Made by a program: the position numbers and the translations under genes | Source of the DNA: Bispira polyomma | Lineage: Eukaryota | Assembly: GCA_965649765.1 (NCBI GenBank) | Contig: OZ287758.1 | Span: 31,682,001-31,746,000 of the forward strand | Direction of reading: 5' to 3' | Length of the DNA: 64,000 nucleotides | Shown here: piece by piece, positions 10,600-23,339 of the stretch | Position numbering within the stretch: the first letter of the stretch is position 1 | How the letters are laid out: each line of letters opens with the position of its first letter | Notes under the pieces: generated by a model | Databases searched by the model: none | What the model was told of the DNA's origin: nothing | The model's input: only the letters and a program-made list of their open reading frames with translations

Positions 10600-10995
10600 C
10601 AAAGGGTCATACCACAAACTGAAATGTATTTTCCTTTAAAAGGAATTGGTTAAGTATACAAGAAAGGCCTTTAAAGGAACTGACCAAGTATACAAGCTAT
10701 AGTTCAGTTACCTCTAACCCCTCACACTCTATGCTATTTATACTACTTAAGTCGATTGTTTAATCGAGTGTGAAAATTTTGGCTGATCTTTTTGCTAATG
10801 ATCAATTTGGTTACATTAATAGTGATTTTGGACTATCTGATCTTTGGGGGAGTTCCTTTAAATGCCTGATCTTAGGTGGGGTCTATCGTGTTTTTGAGGG
10901 GGATTCCTTACATCTTCTGCAGGGGCCTTGTGATTCCTTAGGGGGGGAATACCAGGATCCAAGGGGTGGACAATTTTCGATATTGTCTTACTACT
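10600..10995. repeat. Candidate right terminal inverted repeat / subterminal region of the Polinton-like element (inner boundary unknown)
   Basis: Non-coding-looking, rich in G runs, ends in ACTACT. The partner TIR is not in the window. Confidence 0.5.
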
Positions 10996-12288
10996 CTCGA
11001 TTAAAGTATGAAATTCCGGGGTCTGCAAGGCAGTCTACATTAATATGAAACAGTATACATTTGGCTTTAACTGTGGACAAGTGATTGGCTATTTGCGAGA
11101 CCGACATTGAATTATAGTTCAGAAATTCTAAGAAACAGTACAGTCACCTGAGTGGGGGCCCAGTTCATAAAGGCCCCAAAGGCAATGAAGATTCTGAACA
11201 TGCTAATATTGTAAACAGAACATGCATTATATGTTATTATCAAGTTGCAGGAATGTGTCATCTACATACAACCGTTCCACAAGACCTGCACGCTGAGCTT
11301 GTAATTGACTGTTATTACAGGTTTTATCCCAACGTGAGAGGAGATCATCAATTTTATTTTTGACACTCATAATATGAATCACTCTTATCTCAATGTCAAA
11401 GTGACTTGCCCACATGTAGATATTTCTTTTGTATCCTGGGTTCGTCCAGTTTCAAGCACGCTAACTACAGCCTGATTATCGCATTTAAATAGAACTTTCT
11501 GTCCCTGCCAGGCACCATACCATAGTTTTAATGCAACAAGAATATTAATCCTTTTGAGTGAGGCAATATTGTCCTCAGTCATGCTTTCTGGAACTTTAAG
11601 CTTGTAAACTTGATTTCCACAGATGCCACTCATTCTGGTCAAACATGCATCGAGCTCAACTTGGGCATGAATAGGTTTATGGGAGAAAAAACTGACACCA
11701 TTGAACTGTTGGACAAATGTAGAAGACCAATTAATGTCCTTATTAAAATCTTGGGTTACTTTAAATCTGTTTTTGCCATAATTGTCACGCAAAAGTTGCA
11801 ACATTCTGTTCAAGAAAACACGTGCATACTTGACACATTTTGCTAAAGAAAGGAGTAAACCCAATAGCGATTGGAGCTCTCTCTTAGTACAGTAGACTTT
11901 GTTAACCCACATTAAACACTTTTCTTTTATCTCTTGCAATTTTTCCTCAGGTATAGAGTTAGTAAAGGTTTCTGTGTTTATTTAAATTCCCAAACACTCT
12001 ACCTGTATGCTAGGAGGCACTAGCTTTTTAGCACTAACTGTGAGACCAAGTTCACCCAGTAATGCTTGCAAACGCTCATAAATGGGAGTAATTTTGCTAG
12101 GCAAATTAACGGCAAGGAAATCGTCGATATAATAGTGGTTATTAAAGCCTTCTGATCTCATTATGAACTTGACTGCGTCTGATAATCTTTGAAAGATAGC
12201 GCTGCCATTCTGATAACCGAACAGCAAGCACTTATCCACATAGAAACCCTTGCAACTCAGACCTAACAAGTTAATATCCCCAGGATAC
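10996..12288 (-). mobile_element. DIRS/Ngaro-type YR retrotransposon fragment (RT core, RNase H, N-terminus of tyrosine recombinase)
   Basis: LLFGYQNGSAIFQRLSDAV..YIDDFL..ECLGI (RT); LQSLLG, ELDAC, KCDNQAVV, HIMSVKNKIDDLLSRW (DIRS RNase H); then FLEFLNYNSMSVSQIANHLSTVKAKCILFHINVDCLADPGISYFNR (YR N-terminal domain), cut at 10996. Confidence 0.85.
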
Positions 12289-15200
12289 GTAATAACCCCA
12301 GGCACGTAATAATACGGGCGACTCACGTATACTTTAAAGAAATGGAAATAATATTATTGATGGAGGGATACAACAATAGAAATTCAGTGTCCAAATAAGA
12401 GGAGGCTGAAGCCCCTGAATTTACTGATTGGCCAAGCGGCCAACTGAGATCAACTATCACCCTTATTATATTTATTGATACATATGTCACTGTTGTTATA
12501 TTACAATATTGTATATAGAATGAAACAATAAAAATTGTATCAACCTATCTGTCTTAAATAAATCTGTCTCCCTTCTTCAACATCAAGTGATTTCATGTGT
12601 CATGCCTTTCTATAGTGATACACTGGTGATATGTTGCTTCTGCAGTATACTACAATTTCTTGTGCATTTAAAATGACGTGTATCTTAGGAACATATCATA
12701 GAAACATGAAAAAAATAGCAATAAAGAAAATATTCACAAGTGAATGATAATGAATCATTAGACTGATGGATCAAATCTTGTTTCAATATATTAGTGGAGT
12801 ATGACAGTGCCTTTTAAGCTGTAAAATTATAAATTGGGTCTTTAGTTTTTCAAGTGTGGTTGAGTATTATTTGCAAAAGTTGTTATTCTGCAAACCGGCA
12901 ATTCTTTTTGTTTAAACACGTATTTGGAATGTTCATGCAATGGTATAATTTTCACTTCATACAGGCGATACATTAAACTGATAATAGTCCAACAGATATC
13001 ATATCACAGCTTTCATTTCCAAAGTACAACCAACATCCTAACAGTTAACTTTAACATCACTTAACCTAAATTATTCTTCATATATAGTCTGCAAGAACAT
13101 TTATATAGTGAAATGGATGGTAAAGAACACTTTACAATCTAATTGGTTGTTGTTAGCTAATGTTGCAAAAGTTTCAGAACTGACTCTCATCAGGAATGTC
13201 GCTAAAGTCAAGTATAGGCTAGAGTGTTATCATCTGGTTACTCACTTTTAAAAAAATGTTAAGAGCTCCTTGGGACAAAAGAATGGTATGTTAAAGAGAA
13301 CCCTCTGATGTAAACCTATTGATATTACACCAAAGAATAATGCAATGTTAACTTCAAAATCCATAGTAGCAATAATGCCTTCCGGTTTACACTAAAATGC
13401 CATGTATTACTGAGTTCACTCCTTATTCTGTTTGATTATCATCAACCAGTCATTGATCAATATTGTCTGATATAGAGATTGTTCACAACAAAAGATTCTC
13501 TTGTGGAATTTATTGATTAATAAATCTGCAGTCTCTGTGATATATACCATGGATGCAATAGTAGAGTAACCTCCTATTTGAGGTATTGATAGTGTCTTTC
13601 ATACACTGATGAAAAATTATAGAGAAAAGTAACTATGTAATAGCTTTGTGGGGTAAAGGATACCTGCGGTATTTTGGGTTAGTGTCTCTCACCACAGTTA
13701 TGTAAATAAATAATGTACATATAAGTGACTTGTGTTATATAATCAAATTGTAAAGATCTTTTATGCTTGGTTTAATATATATATTTTTCAGTTGAATAAA
13801 CTGGCCATTTCAATCCACATTTTCCGTTCTCATCTTAGTTTATAATATTCCTTAATTTGGACTGATAACAATAATGATTATTTCAAATATATAATCACAT
13901 CTATATCGCCAAAGGAAGGCTAACTTTGTATGCGAGGCTTAGTCCATCAATAATATTTACCAATTAGAGGTGGAGTGTTGAAAAACCTATGCGTGTTTAG
14001 GCCAGTTGAAGATTTGCTCTTCACTGTCACAGATATATATTACTATATTGTTCTTCTCTTTCATAAATTAATACTAGTGTTATGTAATCAAGTTGAATTT
14101 GCCAGTTGCATAAACTGGCCATTTCAATCCACATCCATAACTTTTATTGCGAGATATACACTTTTCATTTCCTTATTTTTATTACTTTCATCTTTAGTAC
14201 AGTTGACAAGACATTTTTTCCAGGTTGTTTTTAGCACACTGTCAAACAGTGATTTATGTTTCATTTGTTCCTTTGTAATATTAACTTTGACATTATTTTG
14301 TGCTGAATGTAACATTTTTAAGCAACAAAACGTCTTCATTGTAAAGGTTATACTGTAACTTTTTCAAATCAATTTTATGTGTGAGGGTATTTCCCTGATG
14401 TTATTATTGTGAGATTATATTTTGGGACAACAGCAATAGGTAGAAGTACTATACCTGGATGTTTTAAAAGCGTCTGTTTTTGGATCTCTTCTTTCCTCAC
14501 AGTACACAACTCCACTTAGCAAAGTAATTTTTCTCACACCAAAATATTAGCTGTGATTTTGTTACGAGTTTTAGTCTGACCCATTTTATTATACAGTTGG
14601 TATTTATGTCAGTACAGACAAAATTCGTTATATTCTGTTTTATGTGTATCGCACTTCCTGTCACATTGTGAGTGATTGCTATTTTTTATATGAACTAAAA
14701 GAAGTAGTATACCTCCATCATGGGTGTGAATCCTAAACAACCAACGTCATCTGATAATACCATTCTAAAAGCAGTTTTCTCAAAACAGTCAGGAAATAGA
14801 ATGCAAGGAAAAAGTGATCAAAATAAAAATGTGCAGTGTTACAATTGTAGTCAGTTTGGGCATTTTGCTCGTAATTGTACAAAGAAGAAACTCTGGTCTA
14901 CATTTTGCCAAAAGAACACGCACAGTGACAGTAGCTGTCGGAGTAAAAGGCAAGCAAACAAGGACAGTGCCACAGTGGTAAATGAATCCGAGGAACACTC
15001 ATATAGAGATCATGACAAAGAAAAGCCTAATACGTATGAGGGTACTTTTTTGGTTGACTGTGGGGTGACAACCCACATTGTAACTAATAAATCAAAATTC
15101 TCAATTTCACAATTTAAAGTTTGATAGCTCATTCCGTTTCGATAAACATTACATCGAATTAGCTGATGGTACCAAGACAACTAATATTGCATTATCAAGA

Positions 15201-15961
15201 GGGGACGCTAGTGTTTTCTTGAAAAACTCTAGTGGAAAACTTTTAAACCTGACCATGACAAATGCTCTGTACATACCATCTTTTCCACAAAATATCCTTT
15301 CTGTTCAAGCAGCTATCAATACGGGTGCAAGTATTAATTTTCATCCACATGAAAATACATTGAAGCACAGAAATGGCAGTTTGACATTGAAAAAGAAGGT
15401 AGAATGTATTACCTTCATACATACAGTGTCAAAAATGAAGACAGTGACAGTGTCAACTTCAACTGTGATGTAGAATCATGGCAAAAGATACTTGGCCATT
15501 GTAATTATGCTGATGTATGAAAGTTGTACCACTTGTATGTTGGGGAAAATGACTGAACAGAAGAGTACAAAACATCGAGAGCGAGCTAAGAAGCCATAAG
15601 AACTTGTACACACAGATCTAGCAGGTCCTGTTGAAACTCAGTCAAGAGAAGGCTTCAAGTTCTCCATGATATTTACAGATGATTATTCTTTTTTTGTATA
15701 TTTCTTGAAGGAGAAAAGTGACGCTGTGACTGCTGCAGAAAAGTTCCTTACTGATTTTGCCCCAATTGGTGATGTTAAATGTATACGGTCAGATAATGGG
15801 ACAAAACTCACTTCAAAAGAATTCTAAACTTTTCTAAGAAATCATGCTATTAAGCATGAAACATCAGCACCATAGTCTCCATATCAGAACGAAACCGCAG
15901 AGAGGCAATGGAGAACCCTCTTTGAAATGGGCAGATGTCTTCTCATACAGGGCAAATTACC

Positions 15962-16139
15962 AGAGGTATTATGGCCATATGCAGTGATGGCAGCATTCTA
16001 CATAGAAAACAGGTACTACAACCATTGTCTCAAGCAAACTCCATACTATTAGAGGTATTATGGCCATATACAGTGATGGCAGCATTCTACATAGAAAACA
16101 GGTACTACAACCATTGTCTCAAGCAAACTCCATACTATT
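15962..16139 (+). repeat. 89-bp tandem duplication inside the copia integrase
   Basis: AGAGGTATTATGGCCATAT..CTCCATACTATT at 15962-16050 and 16051-16139, one mismatch. Confidence 0.95.
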
Positions 16140-17035
16140 ATCTAACAGGCAAAAGACCAAACATTTCACATATGAGAGAATTTGGTAGTGAATGTTTTGC
16201 ATTCAAGCAAGGTAGCAGAAAACTTGATGAAAGGTGTTCAAAGGGAATATTTGTGGGCTATGACCAAAACAGTTCGGCGTACTGTATTTACTTTCTAGAA
16301 ACTGGTAAGGTGATGAAGCATAGAGTTGTCAAATTCGTGAAATCATCAAAGACGATGTGTGAGCAAGAACCTGTATATCAGATTGTGCCTCATGAAGATG
16401 ACTTTGTGACTTTGACAGAGTCTGATGTTCAAGAAACCCCAGCACAAGTCGCAGAAAATAGGGAAGATCCCAAGGGTGACAAGATATCCCCAAAAGGATG
16501 GAGAGAGCCCACAGTACCTTTATGACTATACAAATAGAATATGAAATTATGATGATCAGATTCTATGCATTGTAGATTATTGTTACAAACTAGCATCATT
16601 TTCCCATGATTACCATTAGGCAATAAATTTGCCATAATCTCACGTATAAAAAACAGCAATGAATGAAGAGATGGACTGGCTAAATGGAAACAACACATTC
16701 ACATTGACTGCTCTTTCAAAGGGTAAAAAGCCCGTGGGGGGACGCTGGGTCTACACAGTGAATGAAAATCTTGATGGTTCAGAGTCTATAAAGCTCGATT
16801 TGTTGCAAAAAGGTACAGTCAATTAAAAGGTATTGATTACAGAGGGACTTTTGCTCCTACACCCAGTTTCATAACAGTGCGAACCTTGATACAATTAGCT
16901 GCACAGAATGATCTAAACTTACACCAGATGGATGTCAAAAGCGCTTACCTAAATGCAGATACTGACTATGAGATTTTTATGGAGCAAGCTGAGAGATTCG
17001 AAATTCCTAATGATTCTAGTGACAAGAAGCTAGTT

Positions 17036-18517
17036 TAGAGATTAAACAAGTCGTTGTATGGATTGATGCAATCTGGTACAAATTGGAATGGCATGCTCCA
17101 TTAGTTACTTACTTGAAATTGATTTTGTACAAAGCCAGGAAGATCAACCAAACAATCAAAAATGTATTCATGATGGGCTGGGTGAGACAACTACTACAAA
17201 AACCCCATGTTAGGGGTTCTCTGTGTCATAATTTGTTAGCTGGGAGACGTGCTGCTTCGATGCCCACCCTCCTCACCCTATAATTTATGTTAAAACATCT
17301 CATTGTATGTAGTGGTATGTATTTCATGTATCTCAAATGTGACTGTCATGTATTTGGAGGTAAAATGGTACGGGATAGAGAGAAAACCTGGGAACTATGT
17401 TACAGCGCAAGAACCACAGTTCTTTAGTAGCCTCAAGATACTTGAGAAAAAAGACCTATAGTGAACAGTACAAAATAAAAACCCGGTACTTTACAAGTAC
17501 ATGTATTACAAAAAATTTCGTGTAAACTTAGTTTGAATCACGTAAATGAGGTGCCTCTGTGTATGAGTGAGCTGTGACTGTTAGGAATTTTAAGGTGGGA
17601 CACTGATTTAGTCTCTGAGGCGTAGGGTACAAACACTAGCTTTTAATGGTCTTTTAGTTATTTTAGTTTACTGCGTAGCTCCCAGCAACTCTTATTGATT
17701 GTAATGTTTTATCAAAAGTTTACGTAGAATCCTCCTGTTTATGTTTTTAAAACAAGTCAATTTATCTTTTTACAACTATTAAGATGGCATTTATATATAT
17801 ATATATAGGGCATTTTTAGTAGTTAAATATTTACACTTTAAGTAGTAACGTATATTATATATTATTAATATTGTTGCAATTTTCACTTCCAGTTTATCTT
17901 GAAAGGTCACCCTTAAGGTTGCCTTTAACTAAACTGTTTCAATTAAAGTAAAATCAGAATCTCACAGTAAGGTGACCTTAAGTCACTTTACTTTCTCACT
18001 TAAACCTAAAACTTAAACTCTATCTTTATCTGCAGTTGACCTTCAAAGGTCGCCCTTAAGGCTGCCTTTACTTAAACTGCTAAGTTAACCTTAACATAAA
18101 CAACCTGTAAATCCTTCTTGTAAGATGACCTTAAGTCTCTTACCTTTTCTGTTAATATTAGTAGCGTTATTTAAGGTGACCTTAAGTCACTTCATTAATT
18201 AAAGGTTAACTTATAGTTACTGTATATATATGTAGTGCATGTGTAACCACTAACCTGTTAGCTAGTTATTAGATAGATGTATATATATAATAAATGCCCA
18301 AAAGTGCTTGTTGCTATTTTCCACTCACGCCTTACCATATCACTTTTGTCCCATATCTGGTGTTGACCTGTTGACTGTAGAGATTAAACAAGTCGTTGTA
18401 TGGATTGATGCAATCTGGTACAAATTGGAATGGCATGCTCCATTAGTTACTTACTTGAAATTGATTTTGTACAAAGCCAGGAAGATCAACCAAACAATCA
18501 AAAATGTATTCATGATG
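17036..18517. repeat. 1202-bp non-coding insert (17176-18377) flanked by an identical 140-bp direct repeat of copia RT (17036-17175 and 18378-18517)
   Basis: The two flanks read identical by eye. The insert contains repeated palindromic AAGGTGACCTTAAG / AAGGTCACCCTTAAGGTTGCCTT motifs and (TA)n runs. Confidence 0.9.
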
Positions 18518-20274
18518 ACCTTGATCTGGGTAGATGATACTTTTCTAGGAATTATATTTAAACAAGGCCAAGGATATTTTATGATGAAACAGAAAAAGTA
18601 CTTACAGTAGGGAGTTCAAAGATTTGACATGTCAAACTGTAAACCAAGGACAACTACATCCGAACAGAAGTTAGAATACGGTACCCAAGCTCTAGATGAT
18701 CCAAGAGAATACAGAATGGCTGTTGGTAGTTTGATTTATGTCATGACTTGTACCAGGCCAGACATTTGCTGGGTAGTCACAATGTTATCTCAATACCTTT
18801 CCAAACCTGTGAACGAACATTGGACTGCCGCAATAAAGAACTGTCACTCACCAGGTATAGTGATGCTGACCGAGGGTCTTCTTCCGAGGACAGACGTAGA
18901 ACCACTGACAACTGCTTTAGTTTGTCAAATTGCAGATGACTAGTATCGTCGAAATTGCGAAAACAAGCAACTGTTGCCTTGTCATCATGCAAAGCAGAGT
19001 ATATGGCCCTCGCTGCCTCAGTCCAAGAAGCACTATACCTTACTCAGCTGTTAGAAGATAGAAGTTTACCTGCAAGCATCTGGAATAAAACAAATATTAC
19101 AGGTTTTCAACAACCTTACTATATCCACTCTTATTCTGCCATAACATTCATCTGCTAATCAGTTGCCTGGACACCAACTATAGGACTATAGAGTTTTAAT
19201 ATTAATTGTGACACATTGAATACAACAGCTAATAACTAATCCAGTTCCCAAAGGTGAAGGTTAAATTGGAGAAGAAGTTATAGTGAAAGCTAAGTGAGAA
19301 CCAGAATGAGGTTTGAGGTATTTTATTCTGTACAGGTTAGTATATATGTACAGGATAGGTAAAAGTATATCAAAATGTTATAAAATGAGCCCACAATGGG
19401 ACAACAAATAAAGCCCACAAAAGTATACATAAGTGTAGTAATAAACATACTACAGATAATACGTTAAAAGTAAAAGCCTACAAAATTACAAAACACCACA
19501 ATGGGACTGGCCCTGGCAAGTAGCAGAAATTAATGACCTATAAGGTCACAGAAGCAGGGGATAAAAATCCTTAATTGTGTAGTCATAGGTTAAGCCCCAA
19601 TAACCCCGTAGCAGTGTGGAAACCACAAATGCCAGAAACAGCGAAGTAACTCTGATCACTAGAGGTAACTGCCAATTAAGAGGTCCTGTGTATCCCGTTT
19701 AAAGAGGAATACGGCGAAGGGCCTAAGGCACCAAATCGCCTAGCAGAGGAACAGGCGAACGCCCCTCTCATACACGAGCAGAAGACGGCCCCCGACCTCC
19801 CAGGCCCGAACTCATAAGCAAGTAACAAGGATAAAAAGTAATATAGAAAGTATATTGGTGGAGGGGAGGGTGGTGGAATTTTTTTTAAATTTCTGATTTG
19901 ATGTTTACCCTTGAACACTTGGGTGGAAAATGGTGCCTGAGCAAGGGCCAAAAACAGAAAATCATGAAGCATGTGCAGTGTGATTGGTTCATAGCTAATG
20001 AGGGATGGACAGAATGGGGAACAAGAATGGTCCCCTTAAAAAAGAAAAGGAAGGGGGTTAGGAACTGAGACAGCAGGCCACCTAAAGGGGTCGTGCTAGT
20101 AACAGTTCCCAAAGGTGAAGGTTAAAGTGGAGAAGAAGTTATAGTGAAAGCTAAGTGAGAACCAGAATGAGGTTTGAGGTATTTTATTCTGTACAGGTTA
20201 GTATATATGTACACGGTAGGTAAAAGTTTATTAAAATGTTATAAAATGAGATTTTAATATGAGCCCCAACCCAA

Positions 20275-21170
20275 CTAAATAGAGGAAGGGAGAATGGAGG
20301 AGAAAGTACTGGGAACAATGAAAGCAGCTTGAGAGGTGGATTGCAGGTAGGACCACACGGCAGAACCATGCCAAAGGCCATGGGCCATAATGTTTTGGAG
20401 GGAAACATTATTAAAAGCCGCTGTAGCGCCAGACCTGCGAAAAGTATGGAAACCATGGAATGAAGGATCAATTCCAAGGTGAAGGAGGATTTGCCAAAGC
20501 TCAGATCTGACATGTGAATCGACAATGGGAAAATGAGGGGGTTTTGAAACAACAAACAGTGGAGCAGAAGGGGGTAGGTCCCCAGAGGAAAGGAGTGTGG
20601 AAAGAGCCTGCACCGGACATAGGTGAGGGACAGAAATGGAGGGAAGCTGTATAACATGTGTAACGGTCCTATCCTGCATGTTCTTGGCCTAAGAATGTGT
20701 CTGGTGGGATCAAATTTGGCCCTAGAGTGGGAAGCGATATTGGACAATCTTAAAAAACTATAGAAGGCCACAAGAAAAATGGATCTAAAAAGAATGGGGT
20801 CCTGTGATGTGTGACAGGCCTGAGAAATGAACGACAAGTGTTTGATGGAGAATAACCCTTTGGGAGAGGGCCTGAAGTGAGAATTGTGTACCAAACTACG
20901 AATGAACAGAGAGATGGAATTATGATGGAAAATGTCTGGGAGGATATTAAACTTCTGGGTCATGAACCTTAAAGCAGCCAGGTAGTTTTTAATAACTTTA
21001 GGGGAGAGGCCATTCTAGGCCAAATACTCCAAAAAGGCCAAAATGGAGTGAATAGAAATATGGTGCATGTTAACATAATGCAGAAAAGAAAGAAATGTTC
21101 TAAACTGCGAAATATATGCTGCAGTGGTGGAGGGTCTGAGAGCTGTATGGATTCTCCTGATTGCAGCATC
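20275..21170 (-). pseudogene. Tyrosine recombinase of the Ngaro element (frameshifted)
   Basis: AFYSFLRLSNI (catalytic R), LCPVQAL, HGFHTFRRSGAT (HxxR), HGLW..SAVWSY (catalytic Y). Confidence 0.9.
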
Positions 21171-21207
21171 CCCCCCAGAGCTGATGATGCTTGTGTAGAA
21201 CCTGTAA

Positions 21208-23030
21208 TCAGATATTGAAATCTAAATTATGATAGTGTAAGGGGACATCTCTATGTCTGTGGTTGTTAAGAGCTAACATGATTTGTGGATCAGGAGGACA
21301 TACAGAATATACACGCGACAACGCGTCAGCGTATATATTATTCTTGCCTCGAATGTGTTGAACTTTTATAGTAATATCATGAATAGAGCAAATAAGCCAA
21401 ATATTGCCTATACACACAGCTAAGAATGGATCCTTAGTCTTGATGGTCATAACGACCAAGACAACTGCCAGGTTGTCGCAATTAAAAGTAACCTTGTGGT
21501 AAGCTCAGGACTCCCCCCAAAATCTAAGTTAAATGACAACATTTAGCATCTCCAGCTATGTAATGGCCAAATCTTTGGCCAAAAATGTCAATAACGAGTG
21601 TAAAATAAATTTCCTGCCATCATAGGACCCGCATACCTGTGAGACAGGCGTCAAGATGAAGCTCGTGTGAGAAATCAATGTCCTTAGGGTTATAATAGGT
21701 AATACCATAATAAGCATGTAAGAAGTGAATGAACCAATCAAGGTCATATTTCATATTATCAGTGACCTTAAACCTCTTGGAGTTAGGGGAAGCTCTAAGA
21801 ATGGAAATAAACCTGTTAATAAAGCACCTAGCAGGTTTAACGCACTTGTGGATATAAAGGAGCTTTCCTAAGAGTGACTGTAACCTAGTACGAGATAACC
21901 AGTTCTTACTACGTGCCTCTATGCACTCTAAATGTATTTTTCAATTTTTTCTTGTGTGATACTTATGGTACTTGCGGATATTATCCACATCGATGCCCAG
22001 GTAAGTAGCCTTAGTGGAGGGAGGAGAAATTTTACTGGGGTTCATGGGAAGACCTAGATCATCATAATTTCTCAAAACCTTCCTTAGCCTTGACCTTAGT
22101 ACATATGCAAAGGTAATCATCAATGTAGCAATGGAGTTTAAAACATAAACTAAGCATGTGGTCTGCAATAATATCAGAGCATCTCTGAAAGGCCGCACTT
22201 CCGAAAGCCAACCCAAAGGCAACCGCAGGATCGAGGTAGTATTTCCCATCCCACTTTTTCCAAATTTGAGGGAGTCAACAGGGTCGACACGGAGGTTACG
22301 AAAGGCCCTGGAAACGTCCACCTTGAAGGCCACAGGGTCTATGGTATTGTTGATGGCATCCGTGACATTGTCAATATTTGGAAATTTAAGTGAAAATTCA
22401 GTACCGTCAAATTGGTCAAGTACATGGTCATTAACTGAGGTGCCCTGCGGATGGGAAAGGTTAAGTATTACCCGTCTATCTGTAATATCCTTAGGGGTGG
22501 TGAGTAAAGGAGAGCAATGGTAATGTGGGTTTGTTAAGTTGGAAACAGGGCCTAACATAGCACCCTTACTTTTTTCTTTGTTAAGATACTTGTTAACTGC
22601 ATCAGGATCTGTATCTCAGAGTGATGATTAGTTATATCTGTGCGATATAACTCAAAAGATTTACTTAAGGAGAGGGAAATCCAAACTTTAAATACTGACA
22701 AATGAGTTGGTCAGGATGTTTATGTGTAATAAGTTCCCAAGCCGGGATATTCAGGCCACAGCTAATGGGAATACGAGCTTGAGCATAGTTAGGTAAACCT
22801 GTGGATCTTATGGTGTCAGCAATGAGACACATTTCATTAATTGAATTAATAGCCACAAAAACTTCATCAGGGCAAATGAACTGAAATTTTGTATCAGATT
22901 TGCTTAAGAAGCCAACAGATTTATGGGAAACAACCAGGTCTCTAGTGTTATTTTTTGAAGAAGACAAATCAGCCATGACTAAGCTGTCCAGCTCTTCATA
23001 GCCATCGGAAACAATATCGGAACACCGCAT
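21208..23030 (-). pseudogene. RT and RNase H of the Ngaro element (frameshifted)
   Basis: YLKFGFP, CSPLLTTPK..RRVILNLS..SVND, KVDVSRAFRNLRVDP, ATYLGIDVD, HIRGKNNIYADALSR. Confidence 0.9.
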
Positions 23031-23339
23031 GATTCTAGCCTGAGTAAGTTTATTAATAGAACATTCATTACTGGCAGTATCATGAAGCTGTCTGCCTTGA
23101 TGATGCCATCAATGATTTCCTGCATGTAAACAGTATAATCATATCCCCATACCCACAGGGAATTAACATCTTTTAAATAGTTGTCATGAGCTAATTTAGC
23201 AGAATTGTTTTGGAATTCATTGAGTTGTTGCAAATTCAAAGAATTATAATTGTGCACAATTATGTTTGTACTTGTTGTGATCTCCGTCGTGGCTGCAAGA
23301 GCCTGAGTTAAAGTATTTGTAAATTACCTTGGGCTTCTA

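Larger units (their letters stand above)
1..10995. mobile_element. Polinton/Maverick (adintovirus-like) element, one arm; the other end lies left of the window; degenerate
   Basis: Contains a protein-primed PolB-type gene, several compact accessory genes and a G-rich subterminal region. It ends ...GTCTTACTACT at 10995, the reverse complement of the AGTAGT terminus typical of Polintons, exactly where a DIRS YR reading frame is interrupted. No integrase, capsid, protease or ATPase is visible in the window. Confidence 0.72.
14560..19060 (+). mobile_element. Degenerate Ty1/copia LTR retrotransposon (possible 5' LTR remnant ~14560-14745, gag largely deleted, 3' end truncated)
   Basis: Copia domain order: Zn knuckle CYNCSQFGHFARNC, protease FLVDCGVTTHIV, integrase ELVHTDLAGP..RSDNG..YQNETAERQWRTL, RT GGRWVY..YKARFVAK..HQMDVKSAYLN..LNKSLYGL..IWVDD, RNase H KQATVALSSCKAEYMAL. 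Many stops and frameshifts. Confidence 0.93.

Noticed and set aside
9647-10620. Protein-like minus-strand fragments (e.g. LWYDPLFNGFNLEFQGKFILLHPSDF)
   Set aside because: Probably a decayed element gene, but there are too many stops to reconstruct or name it.
10770-11048. 92-aa ORF
   Set aside because: It spans the Polinton terminus/DIRS junction, starts with GTG and lies in G-rich terminal sequence; spurious.
13150-13195. CTGATGA..GAAAC on the minus strand, resembling a hammerhead core
   Set aside because: Stem II does not close properly and I found no stem I or III.
12600-14340. Possible old minus-strand pseudogene
   Set aside because: Short protein-like pieces only, with no recognisable motif.
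17176-17196. ACTACT near the start of the 1.2-kb insert as a second Polinton end
   Set aside because: Only a hexamer, with no matching TIR or supporting context.
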